Positions 25,823 through 35,579 of a stretch of DNA of 64,000 nt are shown here, one piece after another. The number at the start of each line of letters is the position of its first letter. Within the stretch, counting starts at the first letter, position 1. Both the position numbers and the translations under genes were made by a program. Below the pieces are notes generated by a model. That model was not told where the DNA came from, searched no databases, and saw only the letters and a list, made by a program, of their open reading frames with translations. The stretch comes from Treponemataceae bacterium (lineage in GTDB: Bacteria; Spirochaetota; Spirochaetia; Treponematales; Rectinemataceae), in contig CAXXVZ010000003.1 of NCBI GenBank assembly GCA_963678065.2, positions 2,144,001-2,208,000 of the forward strand, written 5' to 3'.

Positions 25823-26623
25823 CTATCTGCCAAGTCCGGCCAGAAACTCCATGAGGTATTGCTGGACGCCTCCGAAATACTCCTTCTGAAGGGCGACGGC
25901 CTCGAGGCCGATATAGCGGTAATGCCAGCTCTCCCACAGATAACCGGTCACAGGCTCCAGTCCGCGGGGATAGGACTGGGAGAAGCCGAAGCGGGAGGCG
26001 TTGGCTTCGAGCCAGATGCCCGCCTTGGTCTTGGCGAAGGAATTGTCGATCGAGCCGAAGTCGATGGCCGTTCCCAGCTGATGCTGCGATTGTCCCGGAC
26101 GCGCTGAAACGCGGGAAGCCTCGGACTCACCCATCTCCTTGACGTTTCGCGCGAACACTTCGGTCTGATAGGCGTAGGAGCGGTAGGTCGACGACACGAC
26201 GAGAACGATCCCTTCGGATCGGGCGGCCTTGTCCATTCTGAAGAGGGCTTCCATGACTGGCTTGCGAAGGTTCAGCCCCTTTTTCGCGACGGAGAGACCC
26301 GATCCGTCGAGGCCCGTCAGCCCCTGCGGGACGAAATCGGCGGAAAGACCTGTATTCTTGTCCACAAGGCAGAGCAAGCCGGGATCTGCCGCCATGGCAG
26401 CGGTCACGGCGCCGAGAAGGACTTCGAAACGCCCCGGCGAGGCTTTGATCCGTTTCATGATGGCGCCTGCTTCGGCTTTGGCCGAGCGGGTCGACTCGAG
26501 AATGGCTTTGTACACGGGCAGCCGGGCAGTTGCAGCTCCGCCGCCACCGTTGCCCGCTTCGGATGGCGCGCAGGCATAGAACAGCATGATCGCTGTCAGG
26601 ACCACCGGACCGGAAATCTTCAT
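25823..26623 (-). CDS. D-Ala-D-Ala carboxypeptidase, M15B/VanY family, probable lipoprotein
   Basis: STYRSY, SARPGQSQHQLGTAID, ESWHYRY; N-terminal hydrophobic stretch ending LFYAC. Confidence 0.9.
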   Translation of the reverse strand: MKISGPVVLTAIMLFYACAPSEAGNGGGGAATARLPVYKAILESTRSAKAEAGAIMKRIKASPGRFEVLLGAVTAAMAADPGLLCLVDKNTGLSADFVPQGLTGLDGSGLSVAKKGLNLRKPVMEALFRMDKAARSEGIVLVVSSTYRSYAYQTEVFARNVKEMGESEASRVSARPGQSQHQLGTAIDFGSIDNSFAKTKAGIWLEANASRFGFSQSYPRGLEPVTGYLWESWHYRYIGLEAVALQKEYFGGVQQYLMEFLAGLGR

Positions 26624-26806
26624 GCCGGGGACTATACCGCCGGAAAGGAGAGAATGGGAAGGCGGGATTCTCCCATCTTTCCGGACTCTCCGAATCCTCT
26701 TGGCCACCCCTGCACAGCCTGACCGCTGCCTCGACCGGGCGCTCTTCAAAATGGGTTGCAGCCTGCCCCCTTGCCTTCCACGCCGGGAAAGACCATTCTC
26801 GGTCCC

Positions 26807-27607
26807 GTGAAACACAGAGACTACCAGGCATTTGTCGCGATCAGGGAAGAGTTCAGGGCGCTTGTATCGGGGATGAACTCGCGCGCTCCCTGGCTTTCAG
26901 CCCTTCAGGATGTTCTGCGGATCGACTGCGGTTACGACGATTACGCCATCGAAACCCCTGTCGTGTTCAACGGAGAGCTAGACGATGTCGGCCCCGAGAC
27001 CGAACCCCGCTTCATCGTCGTCGCGGACAATCCAGGAAAAAAGGAACAACTGTCGATAAACCGGCGCTACCTTGTCGGCCAGTCCGGAAAGCTCGCCGCG
27101 GGATGGTTCGACAGGGAGCTGGGCCTGGATTTCAGGAAAGAGGTCATCATCCTCAACAAGACGCCCATCCATACCCCGAAGACGGCCGAATTGCGCAAGC
27201 TTCTCGCCGTAGCCGGACCGCGGCGCAAAGAATTGGCCGTTATGCTCGAAGAGAGTCAGGTGACAATGGCCAGGCTGGCTTTCCGCCTTCAGGCCTGCCT
27301 CGGCTGCCCCGTCTGGATCTCGGGGTACGGAGAACTCGGTAGCCGCGGGCTCTTCTTCCCCTACGCCCGGGAGATCACGAGACTGTACGCGTCGGCCCCG
27401 GAGCGGCAGAGGGATGCTCTCTGGCTTTTCAGACACTTTTCGATGAACCAGTTCGCAATCGAGATGCGACTGAAAGCGGATCCTGTCGGGGACCATGCGG
27501 CGGGGGACTCGAATACGGACATTCCTCCGGCTGATCCGCGAGCGCGGACGCTCGTCGCATTGAGGCGAATCGGAACGGAAAACAGGAAGAGGATACTGGG
27601 GTTCTGA
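26807..27607 (+). CDS. Uracil-DNA-glycosylase-superfamily-like protein of unknown specificity
   Basis: IVVADNPGKKE...YLVGQSGK, LNKTPIHTP and RHFS resemble UDG motifs in order and spacing; GTG start inferred. Confidence 0.6.
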   Translation: MKHRDYQAFVAIREEFRALVSGMNSRAPWLSALQDVLRIDCGYDDYAIETPVVFNGELDDVGPETEPRFIVVADNPGKKEQLSINRRYLVGQSGKLAAGWFDRELGLDFRKEVIILNKTPIHTPKTAELRKLLAVAGPRRKELAVMLEESQVTMARLAFRLQACLGCPVWISGYGELGSRGLFFPYAREITRLYASAPERQRDALWLFRHFSMNQFAIEMRLKADPVGDHAAGDSNTDIPPADPRARTLVALRRIGTENRKRILGF

Positions 27608-27636
27608 GCGGGGAAAAACAGGCATGCAAATTGGGT

Positions 27637-28209
27637 TCAGGAATCGGAGTCTGATAGCCTTAGTGGAGTGGAGCGGCCGCCCGCACACAGCTTCAGAATC
27701 ATGCGGTCGCCGTCAGGTGTAAATCCTGCCCTGAGGTACATCGACCGGGCTTCTTCCGTCGGCTGGAGAAACAGTTCGCGCAGACCGATCCGGCGCGCCT
27801 CTGTCAGGGCCAGAGCGACAAGCGCCGAAGCCGCCCCGGACCTGCGGAATGCGGGAAGCGTGTACACCCCCATCAGCTCGGCCCTTCGCGCCCGCCAACT
27901 CCGGACTGCGCTTCCCCTTCCGCGGGGGAACAGAAGGGCGCATGAAGACACCGGCCTGCCCTCTGTTTCGGCGAGCCAGTAGATGGTCTTCCCCGAAGAG
28001 ATTCCGCGGCGGAACATTTCCGACAGACCGGCTCTCAGGGCCGCTTCGTCCTCGGGAGCGATTTCTTTGACCGCGCGCATGAAATCGACGCGGAAGTCGA
28101 CGAGGACGGGTATGTCCTCGTCGCAGGCCAGCCGGAGCTTCAGGGGCAGCCGCGGTCCGGACACCGGGGCGACTTGCCCTGAAATGGACGGCTGCGGCAG
28201 GCCCATCAT
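27637..28209 (-). CDS. GNAT family N-acetyltransferase
   Basis: VYTLPAFRRSGAASAL acetyl-CoA-binding motif and ARSMYLRAGF; start 2 nt after the NYN stop. Confidence 0.85.
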   Translation of the reverse strand: MMGLPQPSISGQVAPVSGPRLPLKLRLACDEDIPVLVDFRVDFMRAVKEIAPEDEAALRAGLSEMFRRGISSGKTIYWLAETEGRPVSSCALLFPRGRGSAVRSWRARRAELMGVYTLPAFRRSGAASALVALALTEARRIGLRELFLQPTEEARSMYLRAGFTPDGDRMILKLCAGGRSTPLRLSDSDS

Positions 28210-28211
28210 GA

Positions 28212-28964
28212 TCAGCGGGTCTTTGTCTTGAGCCTGAGATAGACCTGCTTCCCGGGATCCATGGGGTTGGCCCTCTCGTCGATATCGAAGAGACTGGAAG
28301 CCTTGATGAGGTCGGCGAGTTTGCGGAAGCCAAAATTGCGCGGGTCGAATTCGGGCTGTCTGTTCGCGATGTAGGTTCCGACCGCACCGAGGTAGGCCCA
28401 CCCGAACTCGTCGGCCGCGTCCTCGACGGCGCTCTTGAGCAGGTTTTCGACTTTCTTGTCGGCCCGGAAATCGGGCGTGCTGGCTTTCGGAACATCCTTC
28501 CCCTCGCGCTCGCTTTCGGGCTCCCGCAGGATCTCCGTGTAGACGAATTTGTCGCACGCGGCGACAAAGGGCTTCGGCGTCTTCCTCTGACCGCAGCCGA
28601 GGACGAGCTTGCCATCCTCGCGCAGACGAGCCGCGAGTCGGGTAAAATCGGAGTCGCTCGACACGATGCAGAAACCGTCGAGGTTCTCGGTGTAGAGCAG
28701 GTCCATCGCGTCGATGATCATGGCGCTGTCGGTCGCATTTTTCCCGGTCGTGTAGGCGAACTGCTGGACCGGCTGGATGGCAAACTCGAGGAGTTTGTCC
28801 TTCCATGACCGGAGATTCGTGCTCGTCCAGTCGCCATAAATGCGTTTTACGCTCGCCACGCCATACTTGGCGATCTCCGCGAGGAGCCCCTCGACGATGA
28901 GGGCCTGGGTATTGTCCGCGTCGATAAGGACGGCCAGCTTGAGCTGGCTCTGTTCGTTTTTCAT
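28212..28964 (-). CDS. NYN domain (PIN-like, LabA/DUF88) protein with C-terminal OST-HTH/LOTUS domain
   Basis: LIDADN, RIYGDW, GKNATD, IDAMD, VSSDSDF; C-terminal GWAYLG...PEFDPRNFGFRKLADL. Confidence 0.92.
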   Translation of the reverse strand: MKNEQSQLKLAVLIDADNTQALIVEGLLAEIAKYGVASVKRIYGDWTSTNLRSWKDKLLEFAIQPVQQFAYTTGKNATDSAMIIDAMDLLYTENLDGFCIVSSDSDFTRLAARLREDGKLVLGCGQRKTPKPFVAACDKFVYTEILREPESEREGKDVPKASTPDFRADKKVENLLKSAVEDAADEFGWAYLGAVGTYIANRQPEFDPRNFGFRKLADLIKASSLFDIDERANPMDPGKQVYLRLKTKTR

Positions 28965-31204
28965 TATTCTTCTCCAAACAGGGAGGCGCGCACTCTTCTG
29001 ACGGCGCTTGCAGCTCCCAGATTGATCCGCACCGGTCCCCCGGTGGCGAGATCTTCGGCTTCGAGAACCATCCCTTTTTCGGATTTCTCGAGCCTCACAG
29101 GCCGGACCATCAGGCAGACTGCATCGTCACCCGCCGGTCTGTACATGATTTCAAGCCGATCGCCGACCGATTTCAGGGTTTTTTCCACAACCCGGACCTT
29201 GCCCTGGTAATCCAGTCCGCCGGCTTCCTGTCTCTCCGACCTGGCATCGGCTTCCAGCATCTGCGACTCGGTCAGGATGAGTCGCCTGTCGATGCGGTCG
29301 GAAATTTCCCTTCGTTCGCTCTCCGTTTTCACGGCGCCAAGGCCGGCGAGACTCTGTTTCAGCCGGGCGATCATTCTTCCAGGAGCCGGCTGACTCGTCC
29401 GTCCCGGGGCAGCGCCAGACTGGATGCCCGTTCGCGGAGAAGGAAGGGCGAAGCCAAATCCAGGACCGTCTTCGATTACAGCCGAACTCCCCGCTCCTCG
29501 ACCCGGCCTTCTTTCGCGCCGCGACACCGAATCGTCGCTTGCCGGAGCCTCGTTGACGGGTGGCACTTCCAGTCCGGCCTTCAGCAGGGCCCTTTCGAGG
29601 TCCTCCGGGGCGGCCGCCTTGAGGAAGTACACCCCGGGCGCCAGGATTTCCGCGATAAAGGAATCGAGTATGAGCTCATGTTCCAGAATGGGTCGCAGCC
29701 TCTCGTCCGCGACGATCACCGTGCCACGGTATTGTCTGAGCGAATGGAAATCCTTGTCCCACGATTCGAAGGAAAAGGCGAGGCTCTGGGGCAGCGCTCT
29801 GCCGGAGAGTGATTCCAGCCGTTCCCGTATCGAGGCGAGGCTGTGTCCCATGCCGAGGGCCCGGCGGAATCCGCTCCTTTCTGCCTCGAAGCTCCAGACC
29901 CTGCCCAGACTGACGGGTTTCGCGACAAGGCCGACAAAGAGCCTTTCCGCGAGCTCCGCTTCGGGGAGAAGGTGGAGCGCGTGGGTCCCTTCCGTCACCA
30001 GAACGGGTTTCCTGGTTTCGGACCGTTCAGGAATACCGCTTCCCTCCCACCGCAATCCGGTTCCGGAAATCACGAACAGGCCGAGGTTCTCGAGAGCTTC
30101 CACGATTTTCCTAGAGTCGGTCCGGAATCCTGACCTGTAGAGGCAGACTGCCATCCACCGCCCCAGCGCCTGACGCGAAAAGACGAACTGCGGTCCGACG
30201 CCTGTGGCTCGAAGCGAGGCCTCGAGGCAAGCTGACAGCGCCTGTGGATCTTCCCGCACTCCGTTTTCCGTCCAGGAATCGGCGAGAGACAGAGCCAGCC
30301 TGAAGGGGAGTTCCTGCCCCGCTTCGGCGACGATCGACTCGAATGAATCTCCGGCTCGCCTTCCTTCCCCGGAATCGGAGAGAGGCAGGAAGCCGGCCGT
30401 CGCGAGTGCGTTCACCATGGCTTCGATCCGCGCCGTCCCCGCGCCGGGCATGGCCGATGCGAGTTTTTCCAGTCCTTTTTTTGAAATACCCCCATCTTTT
30501 CTGATCCAGCCCGGGTTGTGGTGGAGGAAGCAATACAGGGCTACCGCGAACATTGCCGGCGACCAGGCTTGTGCCGCATTCTGTACGCCGGATACGGACC
30601 CCTCCCGCCCCGAAGCCGGAGTCGACGCCGGTCCGTGGGGGTCCTCGGCGGCCTGACTCTGCCCCGCGCCCGGGGCAGGCGTTTCCGCCGGGCGCGAGTC
30701 GGCAAGAAGATACTCGGGATCGAGAATGACCGGGAGCAGTCGCTGTTCGATGAGGGGATTCAGGGCGACGAGGCGCCTGCCGCCTTCCTGGAACCTGAAC
30801 AGCAGGAGCCTGTCGTTGAGATTCGCGACGCGCAGCCCCAGTTCGAAAAGCGGCAACTCGCCCAGAAAAAAGCCTTTCAGCTCCTCCTCGGGAAGCGGAC
30901 CCGCGAGCCAGGATGTGCCGAGAATGGCTATATCGAGCCCATCGAGCAAGGAGACGAGGGCTTCCCCCGTCTCGGGGCGAAGGAGAAAGCTTTCCAGCCT
31001 CGATACGAGCGTACGCTTGTCGTAGGGTGTCCGTATCTTTCCCAGATAGTTTCTGACCGTCCCGAGCAGTATCTCGCCGTCGCCCGTCATCATGGCGGAA
31101 TACCAGACGTCACGGTCCGGACGCTTGCGCAGACTCGTCCGGTACGCTGTGCCCTCGCGACCGAAACGATCGCCCGGGTAATTCTGGTACTCGGCCCCGC
31201 TCAT
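28964..31204 (-). CDS. XPB-associated protein (Helicase_C_3-like domain, C-terminal WYL-like domain)
   Basis: RRALGMG...LESLSGRALPQSLAFSFESW resembles the XPB N-terminal-type domain; the C-terminus is WYL-like; ATGA overlap with the XPB stop. Confidence 0.7.
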   Translation of the reverse strand: MSGAEYQNYPGDRFGREGTAYRTSLRKRPDRDVWYSAMMTGDGEILLGTVRNYLGKIRTPYDKRTLVSRLESFLLRPETGEALVSLLDGLDIAILGTSWLAGPLPEEELKGFFLGELPLFELGLRVANLNDRLLLFRFQEGGRRLVALNPLIEQRLLPVILDPEYLLADSRPAETPAPGAGQSQAAEDPHGPASTPASGREGSVSGVQNAAQAWSPAMFAVALYCFLHHNPGWIRKDGGISKKGLEKLASAMPGAGTARIEAMVNALATAGFLPLSDSGEGRRAGDSFESIVAEAGQELPFRLALSLADSWTENGVREDPQALSACLEASLRATGVGPQFVFSRQALGRWMAVCLYRSGFRTDSRKIVEALENLGLFVISGTGLRWEGSGIPERSETRKPVLVTEGTHALHLLPEAELAERLFVGLVAKPVSLGRVWSFEAERSGFRRALGMGHSLASIRERLESLSGRALPQSLAFSFESWDKDFHSLRQYRGTVIVADERLRPILEHELILDSFIAEILAPGVYFLKAAAPEDLERALLKAGLEVPPVNEAPASDDSVSRRERRPGRGAGSSAVIEDGPGFGFALPSPRTGIQSGAAPGRTSQPAPGRMIARLKQSLAGLGAVKTESERREISDRIDRRLILTESQMLEADARSERQEAGGLDYQGKVRVVEKTLKSVGDRLEIMYRPAGDDAVCLMVRPVRLEKSEKGMVLEAEDLATGGPVRINLGAASAVRRVRASLFGEE

Positions 31205-32967
31205 TCCCATGCCTCGATCTGGTACCGATAACCTTGCTCTGTCAGAAATTTCCGGCGGTTCGACGCGAATTCTTCTTCCACCGTGAAGCGTGTCACGAGT
31301 GAGTAAAACCAGGAGTTTCGCGCCTTGGGTCTGAGAATTCGACCGAGCCGCTGTGCCTCCTCCTGCCGCGAGCCGAAGGAGCCCGAAACCTGGATCGCCA
31401 CCGAGGCATCAGGAAGATCGATGGCAAAATTGGCAACCTTGGAGACTACGATGATCCTCAGTTTTCCCGCTTTGAAATCGCCGTAGATCCTCTCGCGTTC
31501 CGGATTCGGAGTCTTTCCCGTGATGAGAGGAACGCCGAGGTCGCGCGAAATTTTTCCAAGTTGATCGAGGTATTGCCCGATCACGAGGATCTGGTCCTCA
31601 GGGTGATTCTCTGTGAGCTCCCGCACCGCCTCGATCTTGGACTCGTTCTCGGCCGCAATCCTCACTTTATCGCGGGGTTCGGCCACGGCATAGGCGAGAC
31701 TCGCGGCGGAAGGCAGCGGAATCCTTATCTCCCGGCAATACGCTTCCGCGATGAACCCCTTGCGCTCGAGATCCTTCCAGGGCACGTCGTAGCGCTTGGG
31801 ACCTATGAGGCTGAACACATCTTCCTCAAGGCCGTCCTCGCGCACGAGTGTGGCGGTGAGCCCCAGACGGCGCACCGCCTGGATTTCTGCCACGACGCGG
31901 AAGACCGGGGCCGGCAGGAGGTGGACCTCGTCGTAGATCACGAGCCCCCAGTTTTCCCGCCTGAAAAGCTGGAAGTGCGGAAAATCCGCATTTTTGTCCG
32001 GCCTCCAGGTGAGTATCTGATAGGTGGCGATCGTGACTGGTCTCACTGTCTTGTCCGCGCCGGTGTACTCGCCGATCATGTCGGCGGGAAGATCAGTCTT
32101 GTCGGCCAGTTCGTCCATCCACTGGTGGACGGCCGCGATATTTGTCGTGATTATGAGTGTTTTTCTCTTCATCGCGGCCATCGCTGCCATCCCGACGATA
32201 GTTTTCCCCGCACCACAAGGAAGGACGATGACGCCGTATCCCGCCCCGGGCAGTCCTTTGCCTGTGAATGCGTCCACAGAATCGAGCTGGTAGGGGCGCA
32301 CAGTGAATGGTTTGCCGGAACCGCACTCAGTCCTCAGACTGATGTCGAGGGGATCTCCCTCTGTGAGAGGGGCTTCGTCGCGCACCGGCCAGCCAAGCCT
32401 GAGGAGTTCCTGCTTGACAGTGCCTCTGTCGACGAGGCGGATTCTGAAACCGGAAGGCATCCGGAGGAGCCACTTTGACAGCCTTCGCGAGGAGGCGAGT
32501 TCTCGCTCGATCCTGGGATCGGAGCAGGACAGGTGCAGGTATTCGGGAAGGGCAGGCCCGGCTCCCACACCGACGTCCACCGCGGGGGCGGCGCCTTCCG
32601 AGGGAACAGCATTTTCCGCGACAGCGGTTTGTGCAGAAGTATCCGTGCCGGGATACCGACTCTCCAGGCCGAGAACGAGGGAACCGAAGCGGGACATCGT
32701 GTCGCGGATGATGAATCCAACATCGGCCGGCACTTCATAGCGGCTGAACCGCGCGAGCGCCTCTTCGACATACGCAGGTGTGAGTCCCGCGCTCGCGGCG
32801 TTCCAGAGAGAAAGTGGACTGATACGGTATGTGTGCAGGTGTTCGGGGCTCTTTTCGAGCGCGGCGAAGCCACCGATGGCGGCGCGCGCATCCTCGAATG
32901 ACGGATCGTGCACGTCGAGCAGCAGGGTGAGATCGCTTTGTACGATGAGGGCTTTGCCGTCCGTCAT
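31201..32967 (-). CDS. Bacterial XPB/Ssl2-like SF2 DNA helicase
   Basis: LIVQSD..LL, KSPEHLHTYRISPLSLWNA, RPYQ, LPCGAGKT, DEVH, LGLTATLVRED (RED motif), QEEAQRLGRILRP. Confidence 0.95.
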   Translation of the reverse strand: MTDGKALIVQSDLTLLLDVHDPSFEDARAAIGGFAALEKSPEHLHTYRISPLSLWNAASAGLTPAYVEEALARFSRYEVPADVGFIIRDTMSRFGSLVLGLESRYPGTDTSAQTAVAENAVPSEGAAPAVDVGVGAGPALPEYLHLSCSDPRIERELASSRRLSKWLLRMPSGFRIRLVDRGTVKQELLRLGWPVRDEAPLTEGDPLDISLRTECGSGKPFTVRPYQLDSVDAFTGKGLPGAGYGVIVLPCGAGKTIVGMAAMAAMKRKTLIITTNIAAVHQWMDELADKTDLPADMIGEYTGADKTVRPVTIATYQILTWRPDKNADFPHFQLFRRENWGLVIYDEVHLLPAPVFRVVAEIQAVRRLGLTATLVREDGLEEDVFSLIGPKRYDVPWKDLERKGFIAEAYCREIRIPLPSAASLAYAVAEPRDKVRIAAENESKIEAVRELTENHPEDQILVIGQYLDQLGKISRDLGVPLITGKTPNPERERIYGDFKAGKLRIIVVSKVANFAIDLPDASVAIQVSGSFGSRQEEAQRLGRILRPKARNSWFYSLVTRFTVEEEFASNRRKFLTEQGYRYQIEAWE

Positions 32968-33052
32968 AATCGGGTCAGTGTAATCCGGAACAAGGTTTAT
33001 GAACAATACTCCGTTTTAATTATTGATGGGGCTGGCAATCCGGTGCACACGC

Positions 33053-34123
33053 TCATTTCGCCCTCGCAAGAGTGAGAATGATCGGCAGATGGTCAGAATA
33101 GCCCGAGCTGCCCTTCCACCCCAATGGCTGGCCGGTCTCCGAGACCAGAAAACCCGCAGTCGCCGCACTGAAAGATGCAAACCCGAGCCCCTTCGTGTCG
33201 CAGAGTCCGGGAGACAGGAGAAATCCATCGAGCCTTTCACGGGAGTCACCGAATGCGTAGCTGTAGCCGCCGGCCCTCTCCCATGGACTGAAGAGAACCG
33301 GATTCCCCATATGGAATGAGGCTCCCTCCGGGGAAGTCGAGACCAGAATGCCACGGCAATCGGGGGCAGAGGTCGGGATGCTTGTGCCGGAAACCGGCAT
33401 GAAGGCTGTCTCAGTCTTCATACCGCTGCGCTCATACTCATCGGGTGACTCGTTAAAATCACCGCAGACCAGGATTTCGGCGGCAGAGTCGGACTCAATG
33501 AGGGCCAAAATTCTGCGCTTCAGGAGAGCGGCTGCCTGAATCCTGGCTTCTTCGGTCGGGCCAGCTCCCTCTCTCCGGGACTTCCAGTGACAGAGAAAGA
33601 CCGTCAGCTCCGACTCCTGTCCGGTTTCGAAGGAAGCCTCGAGCATATACCGCCCTCCGGAATCCGGGCAATCCAGGCTGTGAGCCCTGACTCTCTTCGC
33701 AGGAAACCGGGACAGGATTCCGCAGTTGATGGGCGAACCATCCGAAGGCGCCATGAGGGCAGTCAAGTATCCTGCCGCTGGAAATGGCCCCTTCCTGAGT
33801 TCTTCCAGGACGGCAGCATTCTCGACCTCGACGAGGCAGAGTATGTCCGGGCCAGCCGAACCGTCCTGCAGGAGGGATCGCACAGCCTTGGCCGTATTGT
33901 CGAGGCGCTTGCGGTACTTTGCCTCCGTCCACGAGCCCGATCCGACACGGAATTCCGGATACTCATTGCCTGAATCGCTCGCGTCGCAGAGATTCTGGAC
34001 ATTGTAGGAGACTACCGAAATAAAATCCGACTTCCCCATCCCCTGCCAGGGAAGCGAGCACCTGAATGAACAGAACAGGAAGGGGATGACAAACAGTGGT
34101 ACGATTCGTCCCGCACTCCGCAA
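33053..34123 (-). CDS. Endonuclease/exonuclease/phosphatase family protein, probably exported
   Basis: SYNVQN, LVEVEN, HWKS, GDFN, YSDHLP; hydrophobic N-terminus; TTG start after GGAGG. Confidence 0.88.
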   Translation of the reverse strand: MRSAGRIVPLFVIPFLFCSFRCSLPWQGMGKSDFISVVSYNVQNLCDASDSGNEYPEFRVGSGSWTEAKYRKRLDNTAKAVRSLLQDGSAGPDILCLVEVENAAVLEELRKGPFPAAGYLTALMAPSDGSPINCGILSRFPAKRVRAHSLDCPDSGGRYMLEASFETGQESELTVFLCHWKSRREGAGPTEEARIQAAALLKRRILALIESDSAAEILVCGDFNESPDEYERSGMKTETAFMPVSGTSIPTSAPDCRGILVSTSPEGASFHMGNPVLFSPWERAGGYSYAFGDSRERLDGFLLSPGLCDTKGLGFASFSAATAGFLVSETGQPLGWKGSSGYSDHLPIILTLARAK

Positions 34124-34201
34124 CGCGCTCCTCCATGACCGCTTCCTCGCGGGAAACCGGTCATATATGGATACGCGCGGACAGAGGCCCGGCGATTGAA
34201 C

Positions 34202-34822
34202 TCAAGCTGGCAATTCGGCCCGCGACGAGACGATTTTGCTCAAAAGGCCATAGGAGAGGGCCTCGTCGGCGTTCATCCAGTAATCCCTGTCGGTGTCCCT
34301 GACTACACGCTCCAGATCCTGACCCGTCTCCGTGGCAATGATTTTGTTGATCCTGTCTCGAGTCTTCTCGAGTTCACGGGCATGAATCTCGATTTCGGTC
34401 GCCACGCCCCGGATTCCGGAAAGCGGCTGATGGATGAGGTAGTGACTGTTCGGCAGTCCGAACCTTCGCTCTCGGGGAACAGCGAGGAGGACGAGTGCAC
34501 CCGCGCTCGCTACCAGGCCCATGCCGACAATCCTGACTTCGTTCCTGATAAATCGTATCATATCGAAGATGGCAAAGCCGGCATCGACATCGCCGCCGGG
34601 GGAATCGATCATGATGGTTATGGGCTCCTCGGCGAGACTCTCCAGCAGCAGGAGCTGCCTGATGACTCTCTCGCCCGAGTCCTTGTCGATCTCCCCCGTC
34701 AGGAGGATGGTTCTCGTCTTGAGGAATTTCTCCATAAGGGCGTCATCGGGTTTTCTGGTTTCTTTGACTTCCTCGGTTTCTTCCTCTTCTTCCATGCGGT
34801 GAGGACGGATTGGCGTATTCAT
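34202..34822 (-). CDS. clpP: ATP-dependent Clp protease proteolytic subunit
   Basis: IDSPGG, GLVASAG (Ser), IHQP (His), TDRDYWM (Asp). Confidence 0.95.
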   Translation of the reverse strand: MNTPIRPHRMEEEEETEEVKETRKPDDALMEKFLKTRTILLTGEIDKDSGERVIRQLLLLESLAEEPITIMIDSPGGDVDAGFAIFDMIRFIRNEVRIVGMGLVASAGALVLLAVPRERRFGLPNSHYLIHQPLSGIRGVATEIEIHARELEKTRDRINKIIATETGQDLERVVRDTDRDYWMNADEALSYGLLSKIVSSRAELPA

Positions 34823-35021
34823 GAAGGCTCCTTGAATGCCTCGGACCCGATGTTGCCGGACCCATGTGCACCTGTATATGATACCGACCCGGGACTTCAC
34901 AGGCAACGTCCTGGTCGTTGATTCGCGGAGGAGTCGCTTACCCGCGGCACTGCGAGGTATGTTGATTGTGTGTCCGAATAATTGTATTTTTAATATATAT
35001 GTATTCAGAGAAGGTGACACC

Positions 35022-35579
35022 ATGACCGGTATGCGAAAACTCTTTCCAGTGGCGATGATGACCCTTGCCTTCGTTCTGCCTTCTTTCGTCCAGGCAGCTT
35101 CCGAAAGGCCATGGTACGCTGTTCGCCTTGAAAAGCTGGGATTCTACGTCTTCGATAAGCCATCCCGGCCGGCGGACTTCACGGTGGAGACAGTGGGCGG
35201 GAAGCTCGCCAAACGCTCATCGCTCAAGGGCAACATCGTCCTTCTCAACTTCTGGGCCACCTGGTGTCCTCCCTGCAAGGAAGAAATACCGTCCATCGAG
35301 AATCTCGCGAGCACCATGAAGGGTAAAAACTTCACGGTCATGGCGGTCAGCATCGGGGAAACCAGGGCAACCGTGTCATCCTTCATCTCCGAAAGGAAAA
35401 TGAACTACCCTGTCTATCTGGATCCCAAGCGAAGCCTCGTGGCGGAATACGCGTCGCGCGGCATTCCCACAACCTATGTCCTCGACAAGAACGGGGATTT
35501 TATTGCTGCGGTCATCGGTGGAATCAAGTACGACAGCCCCGAGTCGATCAGCCTTTTCTCCGAACTCGCTTCGAAATGA
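35022..35579 (+). CDS. TlpA/ResA-like exported thioredoxin
   Basis: Signal peptide, LNFWATWCPPC, GIPTT. Confidence 0.92.
   Translation: MTGMRKLFPVAMMTLAFVLPSFVQAASERPWYAVRLEKLGFYVFDKPSRPADFTVETVGGKLAKRSSLKGNIVLLNFWATWCPPCKEEIPSIENLASTMKGKNFTVMAVSIGETRATVSSFISERKMNYPVYLDPKRSLVAEYASRGIPTTYVLDKNGDFIAAVIGGIKYDSPESISLFSELASK

Noticed and set aside
27637..28977. 446-aa ORF that might suggest an NYN-GNAT fusion or frameshift
   Set aside because: Its 5' part is an off-frame reading of the NYN gene. NYN has its own stop and GNAT has its own ATG 2 nt later; no slippery site was noticed.
32550..32670. Ala/Pro/Gly-rich insertion in the XPB N-terminal region
   Set aside because: A short in-frame low-complexity loop with no intein or repeat hallmarks.
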